A DNA stretch of 64,000 nt, from positions 158,286,001-158,350,000 of the forward strand of contig NC_043000.1 in the NCBI RefSeq assembly GCF_006345805.1, read 5' to 3'. Below, one piece after another: positions 27,500 to 41,110 of the stretch. The notes under the pieces are model-generated. The model saw only the letters and a program-made list of their open reading frames with translations, was not told the origin of the DNA and ran no database searches. The position numbers and the translations under genes are program-made. This DNA is from Octopus sinensis (taxonomy: Eukaryota). Numbering within the stretch: the first letter of the stretch is position 1; each line of letters begins with the position of its first letter.

Positions 27500-27870
27500 T
27501 AAAGTAGCTTGCTTACTAACGATATGGGTCCGGGTTCAGTTCCACTGCGTGGCACCTTGGGCAAGTGTCTTCTACTATAGCCTCGGGCCGACCAAAGCCT
27601 TGTGAGGGGATTTGGTAGACGGAAACTGAAAGAAGCCCGTCGTATATATGTAAATATATATGAATGTGTGTGCATATGTTTGCGTGTCTGTATTTGCCCC
27701 CCCCCGCCCAACATCACTTGACAACCGATGAGGGTGGGTTTACGTCCCCGTAACTTAACAGTTCGGCAAAAGATACTGATAGAATAGGTAAAAGGCTTAT
27801 AAAGATTAAGTCCTGGGGTCGATTTGCTCGAATGACTGAAACAAGCAAAAAGATTAAAAAACAAAAGAGT
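27500..27870 (+). mobile_element. SINE family with an internal microsatellite
   Basis: GGGTTCAGTTCCACTGCGTGGCACCTTGGGCAAGTGTCTTCTACTATAGCC...; related copies at ~8060-8200(-), 28045-28300, 48055-48170(-), 51318-51815 and 52015-52270. Confidence 0.8.
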
Positions 27871-28805
27871 ATAACTGTATTACTAATAATTGCCTATATA
27901 TATTTGTGTGTGTGTGTGTGTGCGTGGGTGTGTGTATGTATGTCCATACATGTATATGTGTACATATATATATACATATATATATGCATACATACATACA
28001 TATACATATATATATATATAAATACATATATATATATATATATGTGGCGTGGCTGTGTGATACGAAGCTTGCTGCCCATCCACATGGCTTCAGGTTCAGT
28101 CTCACTGCGTGGCACCTTAGGCAAGTATCATCAAGTATATCCTCGGGGCGACCAAAACCTTATGAGTAGACTTGATGGAAGGAATCTGAAAGAAGCCCGT
28201 CCTATATATACGTATATATCTATGTGTGCTTGCTTTTGTGTCTGTTTGTTATCCCACCACCCATCATCACCGCTTGAAAACCAATGTTGTGGTATTTTGT
28301 AATTTTATAAATACTGAGAATTTACTTTTGTTGGTGTGGAGAGGTGAAGTTCGGTTTGAGTACAATAATATCATGAATCGTTAAGTATTTTTGGTGAATA
28401 CATTGTTTGTAAACATTCATATTCATTTCATGCTTCCGAATACCGGTTTCCTGTTTCATATATAAGACCGCTAATATTTCGGCTCTATAGAGAAAGTTAA
28501 TAGTATTCAAATGGTAATTCTGTTATCTGTGTCTCGGATGATGATTTTATAAATGTTATGATAGTGACTGTATTAGCAGTTATTTTGTTCTCGTACGTGT
28601 ACCACTTCACAAATGCTTACTAATACATATATGCACCTTCTCCATCACATGTCTATAAAGACACACACTGACGCATACACACACACGCACACACACACAT
28701 ACACACACAAGCACACAAATTCAGACACGCACGTTTATATATATATAGCAAAATAGAGAGTGGTGTTTGCACGCAGGAAAACGATGTTTTTTCTAATTTT
28801 ACACT

Positions 28806-28851
28806 TTTACCATTGATAAACAAAAACTATTGTTGAAACTAGTTTGGTAAA
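28806..28851 (+). ncRNA. type I hammerhead motif, U3-A8 variant
   Basis: TTTACCA TTGATAA ACAA-AAACTA-TTGT T GAA ACTAGT T TGGTAAA; 7-bp stem I, palindromic stem III. Confidence 0.7.
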
Positions 28852-29002
28852 TATGTAAATAAATGTATTTTTAACATTTTCGAGCTTTTGAAATTTAAGT
28901 GCATTTTCAACAACACATTTTCCTATATATCTATATCTATATCAATCTCTATATCCATATCAATAACAATATATATATATATATATATATAAACTCTATA
29001 AA

Positions 29003-29086
29003 TGGCTGATGATTGCTCAACATTTTAAAACTGTTGTAATACTTACAATGTTTAATAAAATGATGTAGCGTGAAAGGATCGTACCA
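29003..29086 (+). ncRNA. type I hammerhead motif with long stem II (partly degenerate)
   Basis: TGG CTGATGA [59-nt hairpin, CAACATTTTA/TAAAATGATG] GAA AGGATCGT A CCA. Confidence 0.55.
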
Positions 29087-29282
29087 AATTACCGAAGATA
29101 TTCTTGTTGCTTATTTTGATTTTATATATTTTGACAGCCAGCTTCCTGAAGATTTCATCTGTCCTGTAGAAGCTCCTTCTATAAAATAAATTAATTTACT
29201 CTGCTATGTATTGAGTACCTTATTTACTGTGGTTAACGCCGACTCAACCCGGGACCTACAGACACACACACACACACATATA

Positions 29283-29335
<53 letters not shown>

Positions 29336-29412
29336 GTCCCGGAGTCGGGGTTAACCACAGTAAATAAGGTACCCAATACATAGCAGAGTAAAGTAATTTA
29401 TTCTATAGAAGG

Positions 29413-29463
29413 AGCTTCTACAGGACTAGAACTGTATCATTCAGATGAAATCTTCAGGAAGTT
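29413..29463 (-). ncRNA. pLTR hammerhead copy with GAAA>GATA mutation (probably inactive)
   Basis: AACTTC CTGAAGA TTTCATCTGAAT GATA CAG-TTCTAGTC-CTG TA GAAGCT. Confidence 0.6.
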
Positions 29464-29955
29464 GGCTGTCAAAATAAGTCCAGGTATTTATGCCTTTAGG
29501 CAGATTTAATGGAGTGGTGATGGGGGACGTTTTTGGGGTAGGTTGGTATTTAGGAGATAAACGGGGCACAAGCTATCGTTCTTAGGGGAGTGGTCAAAAG
29601 GCCAGAGTGTTTTTGAAATGAGAAGTATCAGTGAGAAAATAAATAAATGAATAATAGAATAAATGAATAGAAACCCCAAGATTAGTATTTCAACAGATAT
29701 ATGGGATGGGCTCTTAGGTAAATTAGAAGACAATTGCTTTTAGGTGGTCAACAAGAGGTAGGCAGTTTGTTATTGTTAGGTGGAGGGAATAAATAGATAA
29801 ATATACATGAAAAAACATTAAAAAAAATAATAAATATACATACAAACACACATACATACACAAGCGAATATACATATGTATACATACATACGCACATATA
29901 TATACATACATACACACATACATATATATATATACATACAGACACACATACATAC

Positions 29956-30037
<82 letters not shown>

Positions 30038-30221
30038 TAAGCAATAAAGGGTTTAGCAACGAATTGCCTTACCACATACCGAATTTAGAAATAGCAGTCA
30101 AAGAGTTATAGCTATTTCTTCTACTAAAAAGGGAGATCTCAGTAAAACAGCAATTGGAAGGCAGACACAAACAGGTAAGAGAGAATGAATTGACGGCAAT
30201 CTATCATACAATTTTAAGTTA

Positions 30222-30320
30222 TCTACGGACGTACGTTTCGAAATCAAGTTTTTAGGAAAGGATAAGATTAAATATTAAATAATTCTATCTTACCAAAACT
30301 TCTTTTCTCTTCAGCGTAGA
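30222..30320 (-). ncRNA. type I hammerhead ribozyme with intact core, in insert ~30036-30452
   Basis: TCTACG CTGAAGA GAAA[60 nt]TTTC GAA ACGTACGT C CGTAGA; perfect 6-bp stem I and GUC cleavage triplet. Confidence 0.85.
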
Positions 30321-30498
30321 ATACTATAATCATAAATGATTATATATTGAATTTTGAGATACTAGAAGGCACCAACTCAACTCAGTATCAGAGCGAGCTA
30401 GAATCCGCAACTAGTATCACTAAATTCAATGCGTGAATGAAAAGATTGTGTCATATATATATATATATACATATACATATACATATATACACCTACAT

Positions 30499-30581
<83 letters not shown>

Positions 30582-31070
30582 CAAATACACATAAGTATAC
30601 ATACATAAATATACCCATGTACATATAAACATATACATAATTATGCATATATAAACACATACATAAATATACACATGTACACACAAACACACAAATAAAT
30701 ATATACACGCTTATATAAACACATGTGCACATATAAAGACATATGTGTATATAAATATATATACGCATATATAAGCATATATACGCATATAGATACATAT
30801 ATGCATATATAAATACACACATGCATATACATACATACATATACATACATGCACATACATACACATACATACACGTACATACACATACACATCTTCACAT
30901 ATACACATATATATAACCATACATAAATCTACATGTCCATATATATATATATACATACATACACAAATATACATGCATACACACATACATTCATATACAA
31001 ATACACATGCATATATAGATACACATACGCATACATAAATATATACATGCATATACACATACATACACAT

Positions 31071-31113
<43 letters not shown>

Positions 31114-31179
31114 AATACATACATGCATGCATACATATATACACATATACATACATACATACACACACATATATGCATA

Positions 31180-31835
31180 TATATTTTCACTTTTTTTAAA
31201 AACTTAGGCCTTACGATTACCTTAGATTCGAACTTAACCAAAGCTAACTTCCTTGACGTTACCCTCGATTTAGAAACCTCCCTTTATTACCCGTACCATA
31301 AACCTAATGAATCACTTAGATACATAGACATTAATTCTAACCACCCCAAAAATATATTAGACAACCTAATGAAAAGTGTCTCCATTAGGATATCTAGCCT
31401 CTCTGCCACCGAGGATATCTTTAATGCCGCAGCCCCCTACTACAACGAGGCCCTGGCCCGCAGTGGCTTTAGAGATAAGATCATAGCCCCACGCCCACCC
31501 AAGAATAATAGGCGAAGACACATTAGCTGGTACACCCCTCTTCAACCGTGAAGTTTCAACACCTGTAGCTAAAATTTTCTTCACTCTCTTACAAAAACAC
31601 TTCCCCACCCAACATAAGTACTGTACAATCCTTAATAAGAACACCATTAGACTCTCCTACTCCACCACACCCAATCTAGCTAGGAACCTAGCCAACAATA
31701 ACGTAAAAAAACTTAAATCTACTTTTTCCGAAGCTCATCCAGCATCCGGCAGCAACTGCAATTTCAACTGCCCTGATAAGACTACTTGCCCCCTCAACAA
31801 CAACTGCCTACAGAAAGATCTCGTCTACATATGCG
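31180..31835 (+). pseudogene. Penelope-like (Naiad) RT thumb/linker fragment; GIY-YIG domain missing
   Basis: ANFLDVTLDL, YHKPNESLRYIDINSNHP, frameshift near 31540, FNREVST...KHFPTQHKY...NKNTIRLSYS, CNFNCPDKTTCPLNNNCLQKDLVY (CCCC finger). Confidence 0.85.
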
Positions 31836-32163
31836 GTGTATATGTGAAGATGTGTATGTGTATGTACGTGTATGTATGTGAATGTATGTGCATGTATGTA
31901 TATGTGTGTATGTATGTATATGCATGTGTGTATTTATATATGCATATATGTATCTATATGCGTATATATGCTTATATATGCGTATATATATTTATATACA
32001 CATATGTCTTTATATGTGCACATGTGTTTATATAAGCGTGTATATATTTATTTGTGTGTTTGTGTGTACATGTGTATATTTATGTATGTGTCTATATATG
32101 CATAATTATGTATATGTTTATATGTACATGGGTATATTTATGTATGTATACTTATGTGTATTT

Positions 32164-32216
<53 letters not shown>

Positions 32217-32749
32217 TGTGTGTGTGTATGTAGGTGTATGTAAGTATATGTATATGTATATATATATATGTATATGTATGTATGTGTGTCTGTATGTATA
32301 TATATATATGTATGTGTGTGTATGTATGTATATATATGTGCGTATGTATGTACACATATGTATATTCGCTTGTGTATGTATGTGTGTTTGTATGTATATT
32401 TATTATTTTTTTAATGTTTTTTCATGTATATTTATCTATTTATTCCCTCCACCTAACAATAACAAACTGCCTACCTCTCCTTGACCACCAAATAGCAATT
32501 GTCTTCTAATTTACCTAAAATCCCATCCCATATATCTGTTTCTATTCATTTATTCTATTTATTCATTTATTTATTTTCTCACTGATTCTTCTCATTTCAA
32601 AAACACTCTGGCTTTTTGACCACTCCCCTAAGAACAATAGCTTGTGCCCTGTTTATCTCCTAAATACCAACCTACCCAAAATACGTCCCCCATCACCACT
32701 CCATTAAATCTACCTAAAGGCATAAATACCAGAACTTATTTTGACAGCC

Positions 32750-32800
32750 AGCTTCCTGAAGATTTCATCTGAATGAAACAGTGTTAGTCCTGTAGAAGGT
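32750..32800 (+). ncRNA. pLTR type I hammerhead with intact core
   Basis: AGCTTC CTGAAGA T TTC-ATCT-GAA T GAA ACAG-TGTTAGTC-CTGT A GAAGGT; 4-bp stem III, GUA site. Confidence 0.7.
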
Positions 32801-33169
32801 CCTTCTATAAAATAATATATATATATATATATCAACAGGCGTATAGTCCCGTACATTATTATCTCGCTTCACAACCATCTAATTTTATGTAGGACGGTTT
32901 CAAAAACAACCACTTGGGCAAGGGACATCTGATGTTTGTTCGTGTTGACAATTCATGGATCAGAGGAATTTTCGTTAAGGGAAACCATGGAAAAACCTGT
33001 TTTACATATACATGGCGACACCCAAATGTAACCGAAAACATTCTCTGGGACAAACCCATTTTAGTTTGGGTTTCCTCCGTAAGAGTCAACTTGCTACGTC
33101 CCTCAGGTCGACCGGGGTCTCAGGTAAATTCGTACTGCTAAATGGTTCGTCTTTGTTTTCCAATGCTTC

Positions 33170-34113
33170 TCCCCAACTCGTCGAATTTTGCGATCGCTGA
33201 AACAAAAGTACTGCGTGCGTCCGTGAAATTATATTTTCTGATGGGCGAAACGGTGGCTGAAACAGTTGACATGCTTCAAACAGCTTATAACGACACTTCC
33301 ATGAGGAAAACACAAGTTAATAAGTGATTCCCACGCTTTAGATACGGCCACTTTTCGCTTGAAGACTAATCTTGTTCAGGGTGATTGTCGACCTCTCGAA
33401 CGTATGAAACTATCGAGAAATTTTCTGAACTGATTTTGGAGGACTGTCGCCGAACAATTAACGAACTTGTTCATATGATTAGTGTGTCCTGGAGCTCCTC
33501 GCGTCGATTTTTGATAGAGGAATTGCGAATGAAAGAAGTTTCCACAAAATTTGTGCCTCACTTTCTCACAGAAGATGAAGAGCAGTTACGAATGAATTCA
33601 TGTCGTGAACCGAAAGAACAGTTGGAAGTTGATCTGGACCTTTTTTCGAAGGTCATCACAGATGACGAAAGATTGTGCTACGGCTACCACCCGGAAACGA
33701 AGCAGCAATCAAGTCAATGGAAGCATTTAAAGTCAGTACGCCCCCAGAAGGTGCGTAAAGAGACGTACTACATCAATACGATGCTGATTTGTTTCATTGA
33801 TACAAAAGGAATTGTCCCCATAGAATTTATTGCTCCTGGTAAAAATGCTCTGAAGCGTTCGCGAGACACACTGAGACGAAAGCACCATGACATGTGACAG
33901 AGTGGAGAGGGGTGGATTCATCACGACAATGCGCCTGCTCACATCGCCTCGAATGTGAGATAGTCTTTGACCAAAAGTAACATGACCCCGCTTATCCACC
34001 CTCACTATTCACTTGACACACTGCTTCGTGAAGGTCACTGCTAGCTCTGATTACGCACGGAACAGTGTTATGCTACAGAACCAGTCCGGTAACTTTTGGA
34101 TACCATCTTTTAT
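33170..34113 (+). mobile_element. mariner transposon relic (transposase pseudogene)
   Basis: RASVKLYFLMGETVAETVDML (HTH), KFVPHFLT, VITDDERLCYGYHPETKQQSSQW, HHDNAPAH, HPHYSLD; TIR-like right end CAGTCCGGTAACTTTTGGATACC at ~34082-34113. Confidence 0.9.
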
Positions 34114-37100
34114 ACATCATAAGCGTGTTTGAGCAATAGAACGATAAGAAAATGACTGAAGGTGGAAAAAAACACTACTAGTACTTATCTACTATTCCCT
34201 TACATGTTACAATTCCCTTACATGTTTCTTTAGCAATCAATATCTTTTATTGAGCCTCCAGTATTTTACACTAAGAAGACCACGGTCTATATGTTGTATC
34301 TATATGTTCCTGCGGAATTTGATATGGATTCGTTGACAAATGGTTAAATGCACTAAAAAAATTTAACCAAATTTCATATACGTCACATCTTACATTGTTA
34401 AAAATAAGAATGACACAGTGAGTAATATTGTCCTGGAAAACACAAAATGTATGGATAATCATATCTAGAATCCATTTCTCCTCAATTCTTTTTATCCAAA
34501 TCTAATCAATGCGAAACAATAACAATATCCAATCACAAAACTTTGTTTTTTAGCCACACGCGAAAGATTCTGTCTAAAAAGTTTTAATTCATATTTTCTC
34601 CGAAGTAAACATCTATTCTATTCCTCTGATGTTTCAAAAATGTATAATGTTGCTATAGTGTTTTAATGTCATGTAAATGCATGCTAAACTTTACAGTTTG
34701 TTTACCAGACGAATAAGAATTTACATGTACACTAGCACGCGCACAGAACTGAGTATGTGGTAAATAAAAATGAATATTTGCACTTGAATTTTGTTTAGTT
34801 CTTTAATTCTCTTTAACACTTTATACACTGAAACAAAATGTCGTCACCTTATGAGTGAGTTATCGGACACTTGAAGAAGAGAAAAATAATTTTACGCACC
34901 TCAAAATAAAATAATTGTCTATGCCTTTCAGAAACAACATTCGTTTCTCAATCAAAATTTACTGTAAAATTTTGTCTTATTTCATATTTTCATCTTTTTT
35001 TTTCTGTTTTGTGTCCAGTAAATGAAATTGTTGTTTTAAAATTATTGTACTGTGCAGTGAACAACTAGACGATATAAACAAAGCAAGATTGGCATCTCTT
35101 ATTTATCATGCTCTATTGCTATTTATATTATGAAACAAAGACACAGTTTACAACTCTGCATTAAAAAATTTACAGACATATTAACGAGCTAATATCTAAG
35201 TTAATTAATTAAAAGTTACCTAACCTTATTATAAAGATCAAGTGTGTCGCAGAGAGTAACCGTGTGGTTTCCCCGTCTTCTAAAAATAGCACTCACATTT
35301 TCCCCAAAATGGAGCTCATTGTCTTTATAAATGAAAGTATATACGCACTGATATAAACAATTAACAAGCTGTACGTTTATGGCTTGAATGCCTTTGCTCG
35401 CATATCTACAAGATCTGTCTTGAAGCAGGGCTAAAAAGAATTCACCTTTTTAAAGGCACTTGACCTTTAAGAATATTTCCGTTAGCTAATGCATAAGCAT
35501 GACAACTTCCCTTCGGAGAAAGACACACAAACGATAAACACTTTGTTACTACTACAAATAGAATGCAGTTGTTTACTGACACTTTATCTAGTTGAAATCA
35601 TTGCTACCATACTAACCATGTCCACTACCCATAAAACAGAATTAACTTGGTCATCATTGTAAATGTACCATTACATGGAAAATAATATAAGGGTTGATAT
35701 TTGGAAATAGCTAAAGTTCCATGCTTTCACCGTATGATGCTGTATCTTTTCGATGTTTATATATCATTGCTTCAAAGGAAATAACTCCTGGGACAAATTA
35801 TTTGGCCTCAATCCATGACCTATTAATATACTAGAAATGATCCAGTTGATTTTACCATTACATTAACAAATTGAATGTGGTGAATAATTATATGTGAGAT
35901 GGCAAATAACTTTGTATTTGTAACGCATTGACACATGAACTACATTGAACAGTCATTGTATCTGATACTTCAAAGGAAGGAATTTCCTGTAATACTGTAT
36001 TTAAAGTACTTCCAGAGTTATTTAGTGACAGTTGAAACATCTCTCTGCGATTAATATTAAATTCCGACGATCGGAAAATAGTTTACAATGATATTAATAT
36101 TTACAAATGGTACAAAATGTTTTGCTGAATTTGAATGCAGTATATGCCATTATCTTTAACTACTGCATAATACTGTATAGGCACTTAATACTTTTCGGTG
36201 ATTGACAGTGGTTCAAATATATTTACAACACCTGAATGATGTACAATGCATTACAAACGTTTACAATATTTCTCCAGTGGATTATAAAAGCATTCCCTTT
36301 ATGTAATACAAATACGTTACATTAACATATTTGCAATTGTATGAGTAACCGTTATGACCGAATGAATGATACCGTTTCTTCCTATTCGAAGGATTAACAG
36401 TTCATGTTCTCTCTTTATTATTCACTCTCTCATTAATCAGTGAAATCTCTCGAAATGATTATAGAAGATGGAATAGCAGGGGCGATAACACCTAAAACAA
36501 CACTTTCCGTTAGCATTTATTTCAAATTAAGGCCGCTAGATGGCAGAGATGTTTAGCACGCCGGACAAAGAGAAAGAAAACAAAAACCCAGTGGCATTTT
36601 GCCCATCTTTATTTAGTTCAAATTTCGCCAACGTTGAATTTTGCCTTTCTTCCTTTTGGTGTCAATAAATTAAATACCAGCTCCGCACTGGGATCGATGT
36701 TACCTATATCTCCGCCCCACACAAAATTGCTGGCTTTGTACCAAAATTAAAAAACAATATCCATTTCAAACTAAAGTCAGCATTTCATTGTGTCGTTGAG
36801 TAGGATATTTTTATTCCTTAAAAACTCAGTTACCTGTTCCAGAAACTGCCTCTAACGTATTGTCCATATATTCAAGGCACATATATAAATATTATTCACT
36901 TAATTATAGATTAAGCGTTGGTCAATAAGCACTGTGTAAGTGTGAAAAATATTTGAATATTCTAAGGAGTAGGATATCAAGTACAATACTTGTGAATTCG
37001 GGTGAGAGATTCGATTCCAAGATACATCTATTTCTATTCTCCTATTGAAAATGCCCATCTTTCTTCTGCATAAACTATTCAAGTCATGTTAATGCTAAAA

Positions 37101-38591
37101 ATATTTTACAATTAATTTAATTTACCTCACAATATTCGGTCGTTAATGATATAATTTCTTGGACTCTATATTGACGCTTATCTCTATCTCACCCACCCTA
37201 ATTATGTTTTATATACCTTAATGCGGCCTGAAATGCACTGCTGCGGTCTATCTAGATTAAGAAAGTTTATCTTCCAAGTCCAAGCGCTCATGTGAATAGA
37301 CGCACCATATATTGCTGCAAAACCTCGAATTCAGTCGTAGAAAATTATAAAATCGACAAATGTTTTTGTATATTTTAGTGCTAAAAATCAGTTGACTTCT
37401 TCCAAATATTGTTAAGATTTTCCAACTATGAAAGTATTTTGTTGCTCACAAACTTTAGCTAATACTTTTTAAAGAATAATAAGGATTTATAGAAGAGTTC
37501 ATAACTTAGCTGAACATTGATTCAATGAAAGGTTTTTCTGTACTGTAGATAAATTTTCATTAGACATTGCTTCTAGCAAAAAAATATCTTATTTCAAATG
37601 CATAAGTTTCCATTAAGGTCAGAAGAGTTTAAACATGATGCGAAAAAACACTTCGCCTCGGTGTTGTGCAGCTCTTGACTCGGTCATCGGGACTCTAAGT
37701 ATTTTTGTGATAAATAAAATGCATAAGGAAAAACTAGGAAGCGGAGTTCTTTCTAAGTGTTATGGAAACATCAATTTAGCTTTATGAAGCTCTTTCACGT
37801 GATTCAAAAATTTACTACTTCTATTGCAGTCAATATTTTCCTCTCTAAAAATAACTCTCATTTATCGTTCCTAAGACGGATGATGTAACTGAAATTCTAG
37901 GTGAAAGCCATGTAAATGTCTTTTCCCACCCCACATTTGTAGTACTTTTATAGGATGCGATAACGCTTTCATAGCGTTCAAAGCTTTTACTTCGGCATCA
38001 ATAATTTACTTCTGTAGTTGTTAGCCAAATATATACGTAGACGTTTCTATTGGCTATTTTCCAATATATATCATTTTAATATGCATTTTGTTATTTATTT
38101 CCCTTCTGACATTCGTGGCCATACTGTTGTTTACTACAAGAATGTCAAAGAAAATGTGCATAGAGAAAGTCCTATGTACAATATGTTTTTTAGGGTAATT
38201 ATTCAAAGTAATGGTTCTCTTTTTTTCTGTATTCTTTTCCGGGAATAGTATTTTTTACTTTGCCTTTTTTTTCTCGTTTCTCTTAGGACATAACGATGAT
38301 GAAATATATGGTAAAATACGAAAAAATTGCATAAAATGAAATTAAAATGTATACACACACATACACACACACTCAAGCATACAATCGCACACACACAAAT
38401 GCACTCTCACACACAAACGCATACACACATGCACATACTGCAATACGTAAATCGGCAGATTTGATAAATAAAAATGAAAATATAGAAAACGCGTGAGAAG
38501 AAAGAGAATAAAAAGTGCACCTATGTTAACTGAGTAACTTGAATTTGCTTGCGGTTTTGTAGTAGGTTTGCATGCTCGTAAATTTACTCAC

Positions 38592-38611
38592 CACAGAACG
38601 GAAAGTGAATC
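38592..38611 (-). other. candidate 20-nt microexon
   Basis: TTTTCTTCTTCCTCCTAAAG|GATTCACTTTCCGTTCTGTG|GTGAGTA; splice signals only. Confidence 0.2.
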
Positions 38612-39688
38612 CTTTAGGAGGAAGAAGAAAATACACATATAAAGGTTGTTATGAAATGTTTGACCTTCATGCAAATAAAGGGGAAAATACGCACGATGAC
38701 AGTGTTGTTGTCGCTACAGTTGTTGTTGTTGTTCTTGTACATGATGATGTCGATGATGATGATGGAGGTTACAATGGAGAGGAAAAGGATGATAACATTA
38801 ATAACAATACCAATGTCAACATTTGCTCTTACTTCAAAGATGCTGATGAATACCGTTGAAGTAAATGTACATATGTTTACCCATAATATAATCCCAAACA
38901 TTTTAACCAGCATCACATCACTTTTCATGGAAATGCCTAAAGCACTTACTGTTAATCCGGCTAATACAAAATAAACACTAAGAATGCATTATATACTGAA
39001 GCAATAAAACAACACCAGTTGAAATACAAATCATAAAAGCTAATAATATTCAAAGTTATATGTAGTGATAATGATGTTGGGGAAGACAAGGCCAACAATA
39101 GTCACAAGGCCACATATATTGTGATTTTGTGCTGTCAGTTTAATCCCCCTGTGCACTTGATTGGAGAATATGTTATAGGTAACAGTATATTAGTGTACTG
39201 CAACCAAAGTAAAGATAAATGAGGTCATATAGCTTAATATTAAATCTTGTCCTTTATCTAGGACACATTATCGTTTCTAATTCATGCACAAAACCATCTG
39301 CTCTGAGATACTGATTGCATCAACTCCGTACATGATGTGCATTTTGTATTGACCATTCCTAAACGAGGAAAAGCAAAGTTAACCACGACGGAATTTGAAC
39401 TTAAAACATAAAGAGTTGGAACATTCATCACAGATAATTCCCCCCACCCCGTAACGACTCCACGAAACCGCCACACTAACTAATCGAATTTCTTACAGTG
39501 ATAAATTCTAAAGTTTAGTTAATGACCTTAATTGATACCAGAGCGTAAAATATCGGAAGCAAAAACATATGGCATATTCTCCGATACTGTAACGAGTTTG
39601 CAATCTGTTTTCTATCCCATTTGACAAATAAATAATTCTTTCTAACTCTGTACATGGTTAGACATATTGTTTTAATATCATTTAATAT

Positions 39689-39996
39689 GTGGAGGCACAA
39701 TGGCCCAGTAGTTAGGGCAGCAGACTCGCGGTCGGAGGATCGCAGTTTCGATTCCTAGACGGGGTGATGTGTGTTTTATTGAGCGAAAACACATAAAAAG
39801 CTCCATGAGGCTCCGGCAGATGGGTGGTGTCGACCCCTGTTGTACTATTTCGCCACAACTTTCTCTCTACTCTCTCTTACTATTTCTTGAGTAACACTGC
39901 GATGGACTGTCGTCCCGTCCAGCTGGGGGTAACACATACGCCACAGAAACCGAGAAACAGGGCCCATGAGCTGGAAAAGGGTGACGTTTATCGTAT
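39689..39996 (+). mobile_element. tRNA-derived SINE (head type 2, tail shared with the 1586 SINE)
   Basis: GGAGGCACAATGGCCCAGTAGTTAGG head; 13-bp TSD TATCATTTAATAT at 39676-39688 and 39997-40009. Confidence 0.85.
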
Positions 39997-40629
39997 TATC
40001 ATTTAATATATCGATTAATTGATTAATCGCTGTTCTGTCTACTTTCCATAAGCTTTATACGTTAGTCACGAGAATACAAGCCAGTGTCTCTAATAATATG
40101 AGGTCTCTCAGTGAAGAACAACTGATACAATGAAGGCCAACTGAATGATATTTGAATATCATGCAGAATGATATTTGAAACAAAACAGGTGAGTTCAGAC
40201 GAAAATGAAAGCCAGCTATAATTTCCGACACCGTAATGAACTCAGTAAAAATTCTGTGGCCAGATAATAAATTTAAACTTGTATTATATTACTCCCAAAT
40301 CAACTAAAATTGAAATATTAAAATGTGCTTTTATTGCTACAAAACTGAGGAAACACCGAATAACACACATTTCATATAGAAAAAAAAACGTCTAATTCAG
40401 TTGGACATTAATTGGCTGCTGATGGTAAAGAAAGCAAAATACACATGTTGGGAACCGTTTAGCTGAGAGGCCAAAACAAACTACTTAAATCATCGCGCTG
40501 AGGCAATTACATTAGAGCACTTCTCTGAAGGAATTCTTATACTTGTTTGGTCTTGAAATATATTTCTATGATCTAGATATCAAGAAACCTTAGTAACAAC
40601 AAAGTTATATAATACCTGAGAAAATAGTG

Positions 40630-41110
40630 ATTAGTGAAGGAGCTTTTGTCTTCTGCCCTCAGTCATTATGTGCAATAGAAGTATCTCCAGATCCACCCCG
40701 GACCAGTCCTCCCCTGCAGATTTTGTCACCTTTATCGTGACCGTATCTGACCCTCGCTCGATTACGCATCCCACAAGCCACCACGTGTCAAGTCCCAGTG
40801 GAATCCTGGGAATGCGGGCAAAAGCTGTTCTTTTTCCCATATGAGATGGGTACATAATGACCTTCCTGATTTTGCAAGGGGTCATTGAATGCTTTATAGC
40901 GAGGGCTTCTGACTTAAAAGCACCGGAATGGTGCCGTGTAGTAGGCCTTTCGCTTTGTAATCGGTATCATCCCTGATATATCTGAGCGCAGCTTTAATAT
41001 CTGTCTGTGCTATTATTGCCGGGAACTTCGTCCCTGCTGGAAGCATTTGAAATGAACTCATTTTTTCTCAATTGCTTCAGTTGCCTCTTTTGGTATGGTT
41101 AGGTTGGCCC
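40630..41110 (-). mobile_element. Tx1/L1-like ORF1 fragment
   Basis: SHMGKRTA...LDTWWLVGCVIERG matches ORF 49712-49966. Confidence 0.65.

Larger units (their letters stand above)
29128..32815 (+). mobile_element. Penelope-like element (Naiad type) with inverted pseudo-LTR/3' duplications
   Basis: RT fragment 31180-31835 flanked by inverted arms ~29331-30908 and 31835-32815; third partial pLTR at 29128-29260; HHR in the pLTR. Confidence 0.8.

Noticed and set aside
28430-28520. GAAACCGGTA on the minus strand as another HHR
   Set aside because: No CUGANGA or UUGANAA core and no stem II found upstream.
31750-31835. Selenocysteine-encoding Naiad
   Set aside because: The finger cysteines are TGC codons; no in-frame TGA.
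35297-35350. Minus-strand exon ending at GTGAGT
   Set aside because: Weak acceptor and no recognisable homology.
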